Source of the DNA: Candidatus Dojkabacteria bacterium
GTDB lineage: Bacteria; Patescibacteriota; Dojkabacteria; B142; OLB20
Length of the DNA: 64,000 nt
NCBI GenBank assembly: GCA_035444565.1
Contig: DAOMOX010000001.1
Span: 450,335-514,334, forward strand
Direction: 5' to 3'
Below are positions 1-10,234 of the stretch, piece after piece. Below the pieces are notes generated by a model, which had not been told where the DNA came from, did not search any database, and saw only the letters and a program-made list of their open reading frames with translations. A program made the translations under genes and the position numbers. Each line of letters opens with the position of its first letter. Position 1 is the first letter of the stretch.

Positions 1-243
1 AATTCATCAAAAGATTTGTCAGCTTTGAATAGTAAATTAGATAAGATTATCTCACTACTAGAAAGACAATTAGAGCAAAGTACTCCTAAACAAAAGGAAA
101 CCGCTATGATTGTTCAGCCTGAAATGGCTATAGTGGAGGAGAAACCTAAAGCTAGCGCTAAAAAGGTCGTCGCAAAGAAATCTACAGCGAAAAAAGCTCC
201 AGCGAAAAAGACTGCAAAAAAGTCTAAATATTTAGAGGAGTAA
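1..243 (+). CDS. C-terminal fragment (5'-partial) of a protein with a Lys/Ala-rich histone-H1-like basic tail
   Basis: The frame is open from base 1 (NSSKDLSALNSK...). The listed M at 16 is a TTG. The tail KKVVAKKSTAKKAPAKKTAKKSK is typical of a basic DNA-binding tail. Confidence 0.35.
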   Translation, partial: NSSKDLSALNSKLDKIISLLERQLEQSTPKQKETAMIVQPEMAIVEEKPKASAKKVVAKKSTAKKAPAKKTAKKSKYLEE

Positions 244-263
244 AAGTTTCGAAATTCTCGAAT

Positions 264-656
264 CTAAAAAAGATAGATAAGCACTAATAGTGTCAAAACT
301 ATCCCTATGAATGCGTTTCTAAATCCAGATAATTGATAGAGGATATACACAGCATCGTTACCTAGCTTCTTTTGTGAGGTAGATGGTCGATATTTTTTCT
401 CGCCAAATTGTTGTAGTAGCCAGTAAATCATTTCTCCGAGTCCACGTAGAGTAAGGAATACACCAATTTCGAGCAGCATAAACTTCCAACTAAAGATTCC
501 TGTTATTAGAATGAAAATCCAAATAGGAATAATTTCAAGAGCATCACCTTTTACATAGACATGTAACTGTCTTAGAATAAAGTTCGGCTTAGAATAAAAC
601 CATTTATCAGTTAATTCTCCAGATTTAATTTTTTTTATAACTTTTATAGCGCTCAT
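264..656 (-). CDS. small polytopic membrane protein, hypothetical
   Basis: 130 aa with 3-4 hydrophobic helices and no recognisable motif. Confidence 0.35.
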   Translation of the reverse strand: MSAIKVIKKIKSGELTDKWFYSKPNFILRQLHVYVKGDALEIIPIWIFILITGIFSWKFMLLEIGVFLTLRGLGEMIYWLLQQFGEKKYRPSTSQKKLGNDAVYILYQLSGFRNAFIGIVLTLLVLIYLF

Positions 657-718
657 TTTGCGTTAATATTGACTTTGTATAATTTAATAACTACGATTAA
701 CTTAATTAATTATATATC

Positions 719-1462
719 ATGTACAAGTCAATTCCCACTTTTAGCAGAGTAATCACTATTCTAACAGTAGTGACTACATTGTTATTTTCAGTCTATAAAG
801 GCGGTTTTTTAGGGTTAATTTTGTCTGCAGTGATTTGGGCTTTTGGTGGTTTTATGTTGCCTCGTTTGAAATTATTAGACTTAAGCAATTACTTTGTCTT
901 TTATGGATTATTAATAGCCACAGCGGTTGTTGCTGTATCGGCACCATTTATTACAGATAAATTAACAACACAAAAAGAATCAAACGAGACAGAAACTACC
1001 ACAGAAGAAGATGTTACGAATAGCGATCTTGGAGTTTTACCTACTAATGAGCCCAACGAAGATGGTAGTATAGTTGTTGAAGCAGGTGATGGTCTTTTGG
1101 GTGGGGATGTTTTCCTATCATATATCGGTGAATCCGCTCGAGGGAAAGAGGCGTATCTAGCTGATGGTGGAGTAACTGCAACTTATGTAGTTGAAACTAC
1201 CGTTCCTGGTCAGTATCAATTATGGGTTAAAATCAATGATGACGGTCTTCACCTTGATGGTGCGCGAAACGCAAAAGTCACCGTGAACACTAGCCAAGTT
1301 GGACAATATAACCATGTGAGTCAGGAAATTGACGGATGGAAATGGGTAGAAATATCTACTTTTACACTACTTGAGGGAGACAATACTGTGATCTTCGAGA
1401 AAATTGAGACCACAACCGCAGCTTTCGTAATGGACGAATTTAAATTTGTTCAAGTAAATTAA
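719..1462 (+). CDS. membrane-anchored protein with an acidic extracytoplasmic domain, hypothetical
   Basis: Two N-terminal TM helices are followed by a T/E/D-rich linker and a beta-rich C-terminal domain. Confidence 0.4.
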   Translation: MYKSIPTFSRVITILTVVTTLLFSVYKGGFLGLILSAVIWAFGGFMLPRLKLLDLSNYFVFYGLLIATAVVAVSAPFITDKLTTQKESNETETTTEEDVTNSDLGVLPTNEPNEDGSIVVEAGDGLLGGDVFLSYIGESARGKEAYLADGGVTATYVVETTVPGQYQLWVKINDDGLHLDGARNAKVTVNTSQVGQYNHVSQEIDGWKWVEISTFTLLEGDNTVIFEKIETTTAAFVMDEFKFVQVN

Positions 1463-1489
1463 TATTATTTTTAATTATTAATCAAAAAT

Positions 1490-1789
1490 ATGAGTGACTT
1501 AATAATAAACATACAATCTTCCGCAGAATCAATTGATCCACTATTAGGTACGATGATGGCTGGCTATCTTGGTTTCATGTTGATTGGATCAATCATCAAC
1601 TGTTTGGTTGGTCTTCTGATTATCTTTTCTATTGTCATTTTTATAATGGCATTGATAGATATTGTGCAGAGAGAAAATTGGAAGGAGGAAAATGACAAAG
1701 TAATGTGGTTATTGCTGATAATTTTCGTTCCTCTAGCACAGTTTTATTACTACTTCGTTACCAAGAAAGATTTGGACAAAAGAAAGTGA
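1490..1789 (+). CDS. small membrane protein with a PLDc_N-like (phospholipase-D N-terminal) membrane motif
   Basis: RENWKEENDKVMWLLLIIFVPLAQFYYYFVTKK matches the W...LL..P..G...Y short membrane domain. It is a tandem paralog of the next gene. Confidence 0.45.
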   Translation: MSDLIINIQSSAESIDPLLGTMMAGYLGFMLIGSIINCLVGLLIIFSIVIFIMALIDIVQRENWKEENDKVMWLLLIIFVPLAQFYYYFVTKKDLDKRK

Positions 1790-1854
1790 GTAGATGGTTT
1801 TTGACATCGAGCTAATCTAGCGTTAACATCAGTTATTATTTATTAATATTTAAA

Positions 1855-2271
1855 ATGAGCAAGAAATTTAAATTGCTAACAGGTTCTGCTTTGACTGCCA
1901 TAATGGCATTAGTTGCGCCTTTAAATGCTTTCGCAATAAGAGTTCAAGACGATTTTTTGTATGAATATGACACAACAACATCAAGTGGAGAAGAGATGAG
2001 TGGAGTAGGGGCGATATTGTTTTTTGCCTTCATCTGTTTAGTTATTGTCATTGCTTTCACAATTACAATTATTTGGGTGTTATCAATTATCGATATTTTG
2101 AAGCGGGAAAATTGGAAATCTGAAAATGACAAAATGGTTTGGTTACTTCTTGTTATATTTGTAAACTTCGTAGCCTTCTATTATTACTTCTTCTACCGAA
2201 AGACATTAGATAAGGCTGGCACACCAGGTAAAGTAGAGGCACCTTCTACACCCACAACTCCTGTAGTGTAA
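1855..2271 (+). CDS. small membrane protein, PLDc_N-like motif, paralog of 1490..1789
   Basis: It carries the same block RENWKSENDKMVWLLLVIFVNFVAFYYYFFYRK, preceded by a signal/TM segment. Confidence 0.45.
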   Translation: MSKKFKLLTGSALTAIMALVAPLNAFAIRVQDDFLYEYDTTTSSGEEMSGVGAILFFAFICLVIVIAFTITIIWVLSIIDILKRENWKSENDKMVWLLLVIFVNFVAFYYYFFYRKTLDKAGTPGKVEAPSTPTTPVV

Positions 2272-2293
2272 GTTGGAAATTATTAAAATTTGA

Positions 2294-2320
2294 AACCGCA
2301 CTTAAATAGTGCGGTTTTTG
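2294..2320 (+). terminator. rho-independent terminator
   Basis: aaaccgcac-ttaaata-gtgcggttttt is a GC stem followed by a T-run, immediately after the stop at 2271. Confidence 0.6.
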
Positions 2321-2410
2321 TTGATGTTTTGATAATAAACTTAACAATTTAACAAATTGATTGTACCCTGATTTAAATATACAATAATCTCAATCACTTA
2401 TTTCGAATTA

Positions 2411-3661
2411 ATGAGGTTACATCCAAAGTTAAAAAATGTTTCAATTCCGCGCTCACCGCTCAATATCTTTTTCCTGTCTTTCTTTCTGATAATCATTGCA
2501 GATGGGACTATGAGCTATGTTTTTCCGATAGTAGTAGAAGACAGCTTAAGCTCGAACACTTTGATGGGAATAATTATGGCGTTATCTTCAATTACAGGAT
2601 TGATTTGTGATTTTATCTTTCCCTCATTAATCTCACGTAAGAACTCGAAACAACTATTAATAGCATGTGCTCTAATGGCGCTTTTATTCCCTGTACTTTC
2701 GTATTTTGGAGAGTTATTTAATCTTGTCGGGTTTTTTGTACTAGCGAGTATTGCCTGGGGTGTTTATTATGAGTTCTTAGCTTTTTCGCAGCAAAACTAC
2801 ATTATCGAAAGCGATAAAACCAAAAATTTCACAAAGGACTGGGGATTACTAGCAGTATTAATAAGCATGATGGAGGTAATAGCCCCAATATTAGGGTCAA
2901 CTCTTTTGGTGGCAGGTGGATTGGCTTATCCAGTAGCAGTTCTTTTGATGCTTTCTGTGGCATTGGTAATATTGATGTTACAAGAATCTAAATCAGAAGA
3001 AGATGTTGAAATAAAAAGTGTTAGCAGAGAGTTGGTGAAGTTAATTAAAGAATTCAAGATGTGGGATTTGCTTTACGGCAGGGTGTGGCAAGTATTACTC
3101 GTATCGTTTGTTTTACAAAGTGTCTTCGCAACATATTGGACATTCGGAGGACTGTTTGGACAACAATTAGTGGGGGAAGAGGGGATGGATTGGATAGTTA
3201 TAGTTCTTTATGCAATTCCTTCGTTGATTGCATCTCTTCTGCTCTCCAAATTTATGATAAAGAAAAACAAGAAAAAGCTTACACAAATATTCCTAATCTT
3301 TGGTGGTTTGATTTTGACAATGTTGGTTTTTGCCCGTGAATCTGTTTATTTAACTGGACTGTTAATTTTGCTATCTAGTTTAATGTTTGCATTTGCTTAT
3401 CCATTAAATAATGCAGTCTTTAGTGACTTAGGAGCGCGATTGGGTAAAGAGAAGAACCACTTGTTCGGAATGATGAACGCTATCGGATCTCTAGCTTTTA
3501 TTATGATTCCGATTGCTTTAGGAGTATTAAGCGATACTTTTGGATATATTTATGCGTTCGCTTTCACTGGAGCGTTTTCTATGATTGCGGGAACCCTTTT
3601 GATTATTAAAACACCACGGAAGATTCGTCTGCCTCAAAAGGAAATTCAATCAATGGATTAA
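2411..3661 (+). CDS. MFS-type transporter-like membrane protein (about 12 TM)
   Basis: 416 aa with 11-12 predicted helices in a 6+6 arrangement around a charged central loop. The substrate is unknown. Confidence 0.45.
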   Translation: MRLHPKLKNVSIPRSPLNIFFLSFFLIIIADGTMSYVFPIVVEDSLSSNTLMGIIMALSSITGLICDFIFPSLISRKNSKQLLIACALMALLFPVLSYFGELFNLVGFFVLASIAWGVYYEFLAFSQQNYIIESDKTKNFTKDWGLLAVLISMMEVIAPILGSTLLVAGGLAYPVAVLLMLSVALVILMLQESKSEEDVEIKSVSRELVKLIKEFKMWDLLYGRVWQVLLVSFVLQSVFATYWTFGGLFGQQLVGEEGMDWIVIVLYAIPSLIASLLLSKFMIKKNKKKLTQIFLIFGGLILTMLVFARESVYLTGLLILLSSLMFAFAYPLNNAVFSDLGARLGKEKNHLFGMMNAIGSLAFIMIPIALGVLSDTFGYIYAFAFTGAFSMIAGTLLIIKTPRKIRLPQKEIQSMD

Positions 3662-3754
3662 ATCTATGGATGTAGCGAAAGAAACATACGAGAGGGAAAC
3701 TATTAGCTGACGTCTAATGGATAGTGTATGATATTGGTCGATTTTGTTTTTTGA

Positions 3755-3967
3755 ATGCCCGACATCCCAAATCCTCAACCAAATAGTGAGCTGAACATGA
3801 ATCCTTTTAAAGTAGGGGATAAAGTCGTATATGATGGAAGTAAATGGATTGTGTTAAATCCCATGATCGGTATTCAAGATGATAGGGAAATAGCTTTAAT
3901 AGGACGGGGGCCATATAATGCACTTAGATTGTCTGTCTATATAGATATGTTAACTTTTTCAAAATGA
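3755..3967 (+). CDS. small hypothetical protein
   Basis: 70-aa ORF with no motif. Confidence 0.2.
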   Translation: MPDIPNPQPNSELNMNPFKVGDKVVYDGSKWIVLNPMIGIQDDREIALIGRGPYNALRLSVYIDMLTFSK

Positions 3968-3983
3968 TAAAAACAGAATGATG

Positions 3984-4030
3984 TTGACTAGAAAATTTTT
4001 TACGAATATAATATCCCCATATAGGGGATA
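3984..4030 (+). promoter_or_regulatory. sigma70-like promoter with a CsoR-type operator palindrome
   Basis: TTGACT (3984-3989), a 17-nt spacer and TATAAT (4007-4012). This is followed directly by the inverted repeat TATCCCC-atata-GGGGATA (4012-4030) overlapping the likely transcription start, 4 nt before the csoR ATG. Confidence 0.55.
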
Positions 4031-4033
4031 ATT

Positions 4034-4312
4034 ATGAAACAAGATAAAAGATTTAAAACAACTCCAAAAGACAAGGCCCTCCATAGGATTAAAATCATCC
4101 AAGGCCATTTGTCAGCGATAGAGGAAATGATTAACAACGACAAATACTGTGTCGATATTGTGCATCAATCTAGAGCTGTGCAAAAAGCATTAAAGCAGCT
4201 TGATTTGCTACTTATCGAGAACCATCTTAAAACATGCGTCGTACACCAAATCCATAACCACGAAGAAATACGAACCACAGAAGAGTTATTAAAATTATTT
4301 GAATATAAATAA
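4034..4312 (+). CDS. csoR: CsoR/RcnR-family metal-sensing transcriptional repressor (copper-sensing type)
   Basis: 92 aa. It has the CsoR signature helix-bundle with ligand residues Cys (YCVDI), His (VHQS) and Cys (KTCVV), and it is the first gene of an HMA/copA operon. Confidence 0.8.
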   Translation: MKQDKRFKTTPKDKALHRIKIIQGHLSAIEEMINNDKYCVDIVHQSRAVQKALKQLDLLLIENHLKTCVVHQIHNHEEIRTTEELLKLFEYK

Positions 4313-4314
4313 AA

Positions 4315-5748
4315 ATGAAAAAAAATAAAAACGCTAAAACAATTTATGTGGAAGGAATGCATTGTGCATCATGCGAGTTACTCATCGAAAAAACACTTGA
4401 AGAATATCCGGGTGTCAAACAAGTTGATGCTTCATTGGAAAAGGGTCAGGTGAAAATCGTATCCGACAAAAGTGATTCTGTAGATATTGAAAAACTAAAT
4501 AAGGAATTTAAAGAAGCTGGTTATAAATTCAGTAATAAGCAATTTCCCAAGGAAAGCTATAAGTTAATTGAATTGACTGATGCCGGGATCGAGATAAACA
4601 GAGATAAATTTTATGAATATTTAAAAATATTTGGAATTCTCGTCTTTGTGTTGGTTCTTGTTATGTTAATCAATAATTCCAATATTGGCAGATATGCAGG
4701 TGTGAATGTAAATTCATCTCTACCTGCATTCTTGGTCCTTGGTATTGTCGCTGGCTTATCTAGTTGCGCTGCTTTGGTTGGAGGATTATTACTGGTCATG
4801 ACTAAGCAATGGAATGATTTATACATTACTGACAAAACAAATAAACTCAAATTTCAACCTCATATCTTATTCCACACTGGACGGTTAGTAGGTTACTTCG
4901 TTTTTGGAGGACTATTGGGATTACTTGGCCAGGTAGTTTCAATAGGAAGTGGAACATCTTTTGCAATTGTCATCATTGCGGTTTCTGTCGTTATGTTGGT
5001 TCTGGCATTGCAAATGATCGGAGTCAAACAGTTGCAAAACCTTCAGGTAAAAACTCCAAAAGTAATTAGTAAATTTATTACAAACGAATCGAATTTTTCA
5101 GGGAAATATGCCCCATTTATTCTTGGTGCATTGACGTTTCTACTTCCATGCGGATTTACATTGATTGCACAAGCCGCTGCTCTAGCTTCTTCAGGGTTTC
5201 TCAAAGGTGGTTTGATTATGTTGCTATTTGCTATCGGAACATTACCAATATTAGGTGGGATTAGTTTGACTGGAGTTAAATTCAACACAAAGCCGAAACT
5301 CACCTCGATGTTTAATAAAACGGCAGGAATTTTAATTGTCGTTTTCGCGATTTATACAATAAACAGTCAACTAAATGTTCTAGGCTTGAAAAGCTTAAGC
5401 GATTTGGAACTCAGAAGTAATAATACCGCCACGGAAAAAGTTGATCAAGAAGTTTCCGACAATCCCGTGATTGATGAAAATGCACAGAAATTAATTATTG
5501 TTGCAGATGATTTTTCTTATATACCACAAGGCTCAATGACAATAGAAGCCGATAAACCAACAGTGTTAGCGGTAAACAATAAAGGTGTACAAGGTTGTGG
5601 AAGATTTATGGCAGCCAGAGGATTAATCGATAATTTTGTAGAGTTGGACGATGGTTGGAACTATGTTGAATTAACTCCAAAGAAAGGCGTTTATAAACTG
5701 ACATGTACCATGGGCATGGTACGTCCTGTGACAATCACGGTTATTTAA
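4315..5748 (+). CDS. HMA-domain membrane protein (DsbD_2/CcdA-like thiol membrane domain), putative copper handling/transfer protein
   Basis: An N-terminal HMA domain (GMHCASCE = GMxCxxC) is followed by a 6-8 TM domain with two conserved membrane Cys (SSCAAL, LLPCGF) and a ~100-aa soluble C-terminal domain. It lies between csoR and copA. Confidence 0.55.
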   Translation: MKKNKNAKTIYVEGMHCASCELLIEKTLEEYPGVKQVDASLEKGQVKIVSDKSDSVDIEKLNKEFKEAGYKFSNKQFPKESYKLIELTDAGIEINRDKFYEYLKIFGILVFVLVLVMLINNSNIGRYAGVNVNSSLPAFLVLGIVAGLSSCAALVGGLLLVMTKQWNDLYITDKTNKLKFQPHILFHTGRLVGYFVFGGLLGLLGQVVSIGSGTSFAIVIIAVSVVMLVLALQMIGVKQLQNLQVKTPKVISKFITNESNFSGKYAPFILGALTFLLPCGFTLIAQAAALASSGFLKGGLIMLLFAIGTLPILGGISLTGVKFNTKPKLTSMFNKTAGILIVVFAIYTINSQLNVLGLKSLSDLELRSNNTATEKVDQEVSDNPVIDENAQKLIIVADDFSYIPQGSMTIEADKPTVLAVNNKGVQGCGRFMAARGLIDNFVELDDGWNYVELTPKKGVYKLTCTMGMVRPVTITVI

Positions 5749-5767
5749 TTATTAACAACTCATTAGA

Positions 5768-8194
5768 ATGAAAAAAACATTTGATGTTATTGGCGTACAT
5801 TGTGCTTCATGCAAATCTCTGATTGAAAGAAATGTTAACAAGCTGGATGGAATTAATATGGTGAATGTTAACTTTGCGGCAGCCAAAATGATGGTCGATT
5901 ATGATGAAAAGAAAGTCACTCTTGAAGAAATTGCTAAAGCGGTAGCGAGTGCTGGCACTTACAAATTGGTGAAGAATGATGACGAGGTTGTTCTTGCGAG
6001 CCCGGGAGAAATTAATAAATCTTCTCACATGAAAGAAATCGCAAAACCAGCACATGGTGAAACTGGCCACAATCACGCAGAAATGCTTAGAGCTGATGAG
6101 TATAAGTTGCTGAAGAAAAAAACAATACTTGTGGGCCTCGCGAATATTCCGTTCCTGTTCGTGATGATAAATATGCTTTTCAATAAAAGCGAAGAGATGA
6201 TGAGCTATCTAGGAATGATTAAACTAGAAAATTTTGGAATGTCTTTGAATCTTGATTGGGTTGTACAATTTCTCATTGCAACATTCATACTTTTCTGGGG
6301 AGGGAGTCAGTTTTTCAAGAGTGCGTGGACTGCATTGAAAAATAAAACAGCTAACATGGATACGCTTATCGCTCTGGGTACGTTCGTGGCATGGTTGTTC
6401 TCAGCGGTTGTGACATTTATTCCTCAAATATTCACAGATATCAAGGCAGAACCATTCTATGAGGCAGTAGGTTTTATAATATTTTTTGTGTTGTTGGGAA
6501 GGTTACTCGAAGCAAAAGCAAAAGGCAGCGCAAATCAGGCTGTTAAGAAATTAATGGAAATCCAAGCAAAAGATGCCTCAGTTATTCGTGATGGAGTAGA
6601 GGTGAAGGTTCCTATTAATGAAGTTGTAATTGGAGATATAGTAGTCGTAAGACCAGGAGAGAAGATTCCAGTTGATGGGGTTATTACCCATGGCACTAGT
6701 ACGATTGACGAATCTATGGTCACTGGAGAATCCATGCCGGTGGAGAAGTCTACAGGAGACAGTGTAATTGGTGCAACCATAAATAAATCTTCTAGCTTTC
6801 AATTTCGAGCGGAAAAAGTGGGCAAAGATACTTTACTCTCTCAAATCATTAAATTAGTTGAGGATGCCCAAATGAGTTCAGCTCCGATTCAGAAATTGGC
6901 AGACAAAATTTCTGCAATTTTCGTACCGATGATAGTAGTTATTTCAATTATGGTGGCCATATTTTGGTTGTTAATTGCACCGGAGTTGGGAATAGTTGGA
7001 GACATCTCTAGTGTTCAGTTAGCCATATATATCTTCGCAACAATTTTAATAATTGCTTGTCCATGTGCTTTGGGATTAGCTACACCAATCGCGGTGATGG
7101 TTGCTACCGGAAAAGCTGCAACCAAAGGAATATTAATCAAAGACGCAGAGGCATTCGAACTAGCATCCAAAGTCGACACAATTGTTTTTGATAAAACTGG
7201 TACTCTTACAAAAGGTGAGGTTGAAGTTGTCGAAATTGTTATAGTAGAGAATTTTAAAAACAAAAACAATCTACTGGATAGTTTGAGAATGGATGAATGG
7301 AACGAAGATACTTTGATCACGTTATCTGCGGCACTGGAATATAATTCGGAGCATCCCTTATCCGAAGCCATAGTAAAATTTGCCAATGATAAGAAATTAG
7401 ATTTCGCTAAAATCAAAATCGACTCATTTGAAAATCATGAAGGCAAAGGGGTAGCAGGAATTATGAAAGGGAAAGAAATTGTTATAGGAAACGAAAAGTT
7501 AATGGATAAATTTAAAATTGACTCTATAAAAGATGCGAATTCAGATTTAAAGGATAAGTTGGAGAAGTACAGAAATGAAGGCAAAACTATCGTTTCGATC
7601 GCTTATGGCAAGGAAATTATTGGATATTTTGCACTAGCAGATGCATTGAAGCCTGAAGCGAAACAGTTAATCAGCCAAATAAAAGAGAGAGGAATTCGAG
7701 TAATAATGCTATCTGGCGACAATGAACAAACTGCTAAGGCGATTGCAGAAAAGTTAGGAATTGATGATGTAATTGCGAACGTTTTGCCACACGAGAAGTC
7801 TGAAGTAATACAGAGACTGAAAAATGAAGAAGACGGTAAGATAATCGCTATGGTTGGTGATGGGATTAATGATGCTCCTGCACTTACTTTGGCAGATGTA
7901 GGCATCTCTATGGGTACTGGCACAGATATTGCTATTGAATCAGGGGATATCGTGATTGTCGGAGGAAAAATCGAAAAAGTGCTCGAAGTCCTGGATATTT
8001 CGTCAAAAACACTCAAGATTATCAGGGAAAATCTAATCTGGGCATTTGGATACAATATTATTGCCATTCCGATCGCAGGTGGATTGTTATATCCATTTAT
8101 AGGGCTTTTACTTTCTCCAGTAATCGCTAGCGTTGCTATGGCTTTCAGTTCTATCTCTGTTGTGTTAAACAGTTTAAGATTGAGGTCCGCATAG
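5768..8194 (+). CDS. copA: copper-translocating P1B-type ATPase
   Basis: N-terminal HMA (GVHCASCKS), a His-rich linker, the TM CPC motif ([13 protein letters not shown]), DKTGTLT phosphorylation site, [10 protein letters not shown] hinge and 8 TM helices. Confidence 0.95.
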   Translation: MKKTFDVIGVHCASCKSLIERNVNKLDGINMVNVNFAAAKMMVDYDEKKVTLEEIAKAVASAGTYKLVKNDDEVVLASPGEINKSSHMKEIAKPAHGETGHNHAEMLRADEYKLLKKKTILVGLANIPFLFVMINMLFNKSEEMMSYLGMIKLENFGMSLNLDWVVQFLIATFILFWGGSQFFKSAWTALKNKTANMDTLIALGTFVAWLFSAVVTFIPQIFTDIKAEPFYEAVGFIIFFVLLGRLLEAKAKGSANQAVKKLMEIQAKDASVIRDGVEVKVPINEVVIGDIVVVRPGEKIPVDGVITHGTSTIDESMVTGESMPVEKSTGDSVIGATINKSSSFQFRAEKVGKDTLLSQIIKLVEDAQMSSAPIQKLADKISAIFVPMIVVISIMVAIFWLLIAPELGIVGDISSVQLAIYIFATILIIACPCALGLATPIAVMVATGKAATKGILIKDAEAFELASKVDTIVFDKTGTLTKGEVEVVEIVIVENFKNKNNLLDSLRMDEWNEDTLITLSAALEYNSEHPLSEAIVKFANDKKLDFAKIKIDSFENHEGKGVAGIMKGKEIVIGNEKLMDKFKIDSIKDANSDLKDKLEKYRNEGKTIVSIAYGKEIIGYFALADALKPEAKQLISQIKERGIRVIMLSGDNEQTAKAIAEKLGIDDVIANVLPHEKSEVIQRLKNEEDGKIIAMVGDGINDAPALTLADVGISMGTGTDIAIESGDIVIVGGKIEKVLEVLDISSKTLKIIRENLIWAFGYNIIAIPIAGGLLYPFIGLLLSPVIASVAMAFSSISVVLNSLRLRSA

Positions 8195-8261
8195 GAATAA
8201 TTGTCTACACATATTTTAACTTTCATTAATTATCCAAATTCAATTTTGCGATGACATTAAT

Positions 8262-9010
8262 TTGTGTGTAAACTTTGTTAATTATTCTACTCATGTGAAA
8301 AAGTATCTGAAACAAAACCTTCGAACAATTTTATACATTTTAGTTCCACTATTAATAATCTCAATTTTCTCAACTTATGTTGTAGCATCAGCAGAGAAAC
8401 ACAATAATCCACTTTGGGCAGACCCTGGTAATGCGCTTTGGTGGTGGTTAATCACAATTTCGACGATAGGGTATGGCGACATGGTTCCTACAACTTACAT
8501 TGGCAGATTTTTTGGTTCCTTTGTCGTGCTTTCCGGAGTAGTGTTTTTCGGAACAGTTGTATCGGAATTAGGAATCCTTTTAAAGGTTTCATCTCAAAAA
8601 GAACACCTAGGATTGAAAAATATAAAGGATAAAGATCATATTGTTATACTCGGAGACAATCCACTATTAAGCAGTTTGATATCAAATATTAGGAAGATAG
8701 ATGAACATAAAAAAATAACTGTTGTTACTCATCATTTGGAATCAAGACCATATGAAGACATTTCTTTTGTAAAAGTGATCCTAGATATCATGAAACCCTT
8801 GTGAGGGCAAATGTGAAAGATGCTTCTCTAGCGATTATCCTTGCGGATGATCAGATAAATAATCCCGATGCCTATAGCATAATAATCGGAAATGAACTGG
8901 AGAAGATGAACCCCTTACTAATTAAGATTGCAGAAATTACGGATGAAAGATGGAAAAGTATTTTACAGATTCGGGAATTGATGTTTTTGTTACTGAGAAG
9001 AAATTCTTAA
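8262..9010 (+). pseudogene. two-TM K+ channel with a C-terminal RCK/TrkA-N domain, interrupted by a frameshift
   Basis: The pore helix and selectivity filter are present (TISTIGYGDMVP = TxGYGD). The RCK Rossmann start is HIVILGDNP. The frame breaks near the A4 run at 8771-8774: frame 1 ends at 8804 (..FVKVILDIMKPL*), while the -1 frame continues the RCK motif (..KSDPRYHETLVRANVKDASLAIILADD) to 9010. Confidence 0.55.
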
Positions 9011-9085
9011 AGAGTATACACAGCAAGGCGAACAACCAAGTTTCTGAAATTCTCGAAAAAGTTATGAAAACTAATAAGTAGGCAA

Positions 9086-10234
9086 TTAATCTGTTTTCGG
9101 TAATGTTATCACGAATATTGTACCCATAGGTTTATTCTCCTGGATTTTAATCTCCCCATTATGTAGGTTGATTATTTCCTTTGTGATTGCTAACCCAAGT
9201 CCACTTCCACCAGTTTTTCGTGACCTAGAGTCGTCAATCCTGAAGAATCTTTCAAATATTAGTTTATGATATTTCTTATCGATACCAGGACCATTGTCTA
9301 TAACCTTTGTAATAAGTTCTCTAGCATTGCTTTCAATCTGAATCTCGATTATCGATTGCTCTTGAGAATACTTAATAGCATTTTCCACTACGTTACTAAT
9401 AGCTCTATTGAGTAGAGTAGGATTAGCTTTAATTAAGATTTTCTCTTCTGGGGTAGTTATTTTTACTTCAATATCTTTTTTATTCGCAATCGAGTCCAGA
9501 TTTTTAGTCAGGTTTTTAATCAATCTTAAATAATTAACACTCTCAAAACTTTTTTTGTACTTTTCGAGCGAGCTCAGAAGTAACAAATCTTCCAGTAAAA
9601 CGTTCATATTATGTACTGTCCCGAGCGATGTTTCGAGATATTCTTTAGTGTCTCTTGGAATGTTTTTATTCATTAAAGCTGTTTCGATATTAGTCATCAA
9701 TACTGCCATTGGAGTTTTCAATTCGTGTGATGCATTGGCAACGAATTCACCTTGCACATCAAATGACTTCTGAAGTCTGTCTGTCATAGTATTGAAATTT
9801 CCAATAAGTTCATCAATCTCGTCGTTTGTACCACTTTGGGGAATTTTCCTATGGAGATTTTTTGCTTCAATTTCTGAAATTTCTTTGTTAATTCTTTTTA
9901 TTGGGCGGAGCATTTGTTTAGCTAGAATGTAACCGCCGGTAATACCAATGAGTAAATTTCCGGTTATCACGAAAAGTGATATCTTTTGAATTTGCTTTGC
10001 ATCGTTTTCGCGAATTTCTTTAAGTAAATCTCGGATACGGTAATTTCCTCTATTGTCATGTTCGAGTGTGAGGAATCTTTGACGGATTGGTCCTGGGAGC
10101 ACATCCTCCAATGTCTGATTGACGAATCGAACGTATATGAAGTTCACAACAAATAAAATTATCATCCCGCTGATAAATGTTACTAATCCGTACCAAAATG
10201 TAAGTTTGAAGTTGATGCTTTTGTGGAATTTCAT
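9086..10234 (-). CDS. sensor histidine kinase (HAMP-HisKA-HATPase)
   Basis: N-terminal TM, H-box (ASHELKTPMAV), N box (NAIKYS), and the G boxes DNGPGI and GGSGLGLAI. It overlaps the response-regulator gene by 4 nt. Confidence 0.85.
   Translation of the reverse strand: MKFHKSINFKLTFWYGLVTFISGMIILFVVNFIYVRFVNQTLEDVLPGPIRQRFLTLEHDNRGNYRIRDLLKEIRENDAKQIQKISLFVITGNLLIGITGGYILAKQMLRPIKRINKEISEIEAKNLHRKIPQSGTNDEIDELIGNFNTMTDRLQKSFDVQGEFVANASHELKTPMAVLMTNIETALMNKNIPRDTKEYLETSLGTVHNMNVLLEDLLLLSSLEKYKKSFESVNYLRLIKNLTKNLDSIANKKDIEVKITTPEEKILIKANPTLLNRAISNVVENAIKYSQEQSIIEIQIESNARELITKVIDNGPGIDKKYHKLIFERFFRIDDSRSRKTGGSGLGLAITKEIINLHNGEIKIQENKPMGTIFVITLPKTD

Noticed and set aside
6535-8226. Antisense ORFs inside copA (6535..6780, 6578..6802, 7015..7416, 7603..8226) and inside the HMA-membrane gene (4611..4850, 5043..5303)
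   Set aside because: They fully overlap strongly supported coding sequence on the opposite strand. Their composition is low-complexity (S/I/T-rich), typical of antisense translation of an AT-rich gene.
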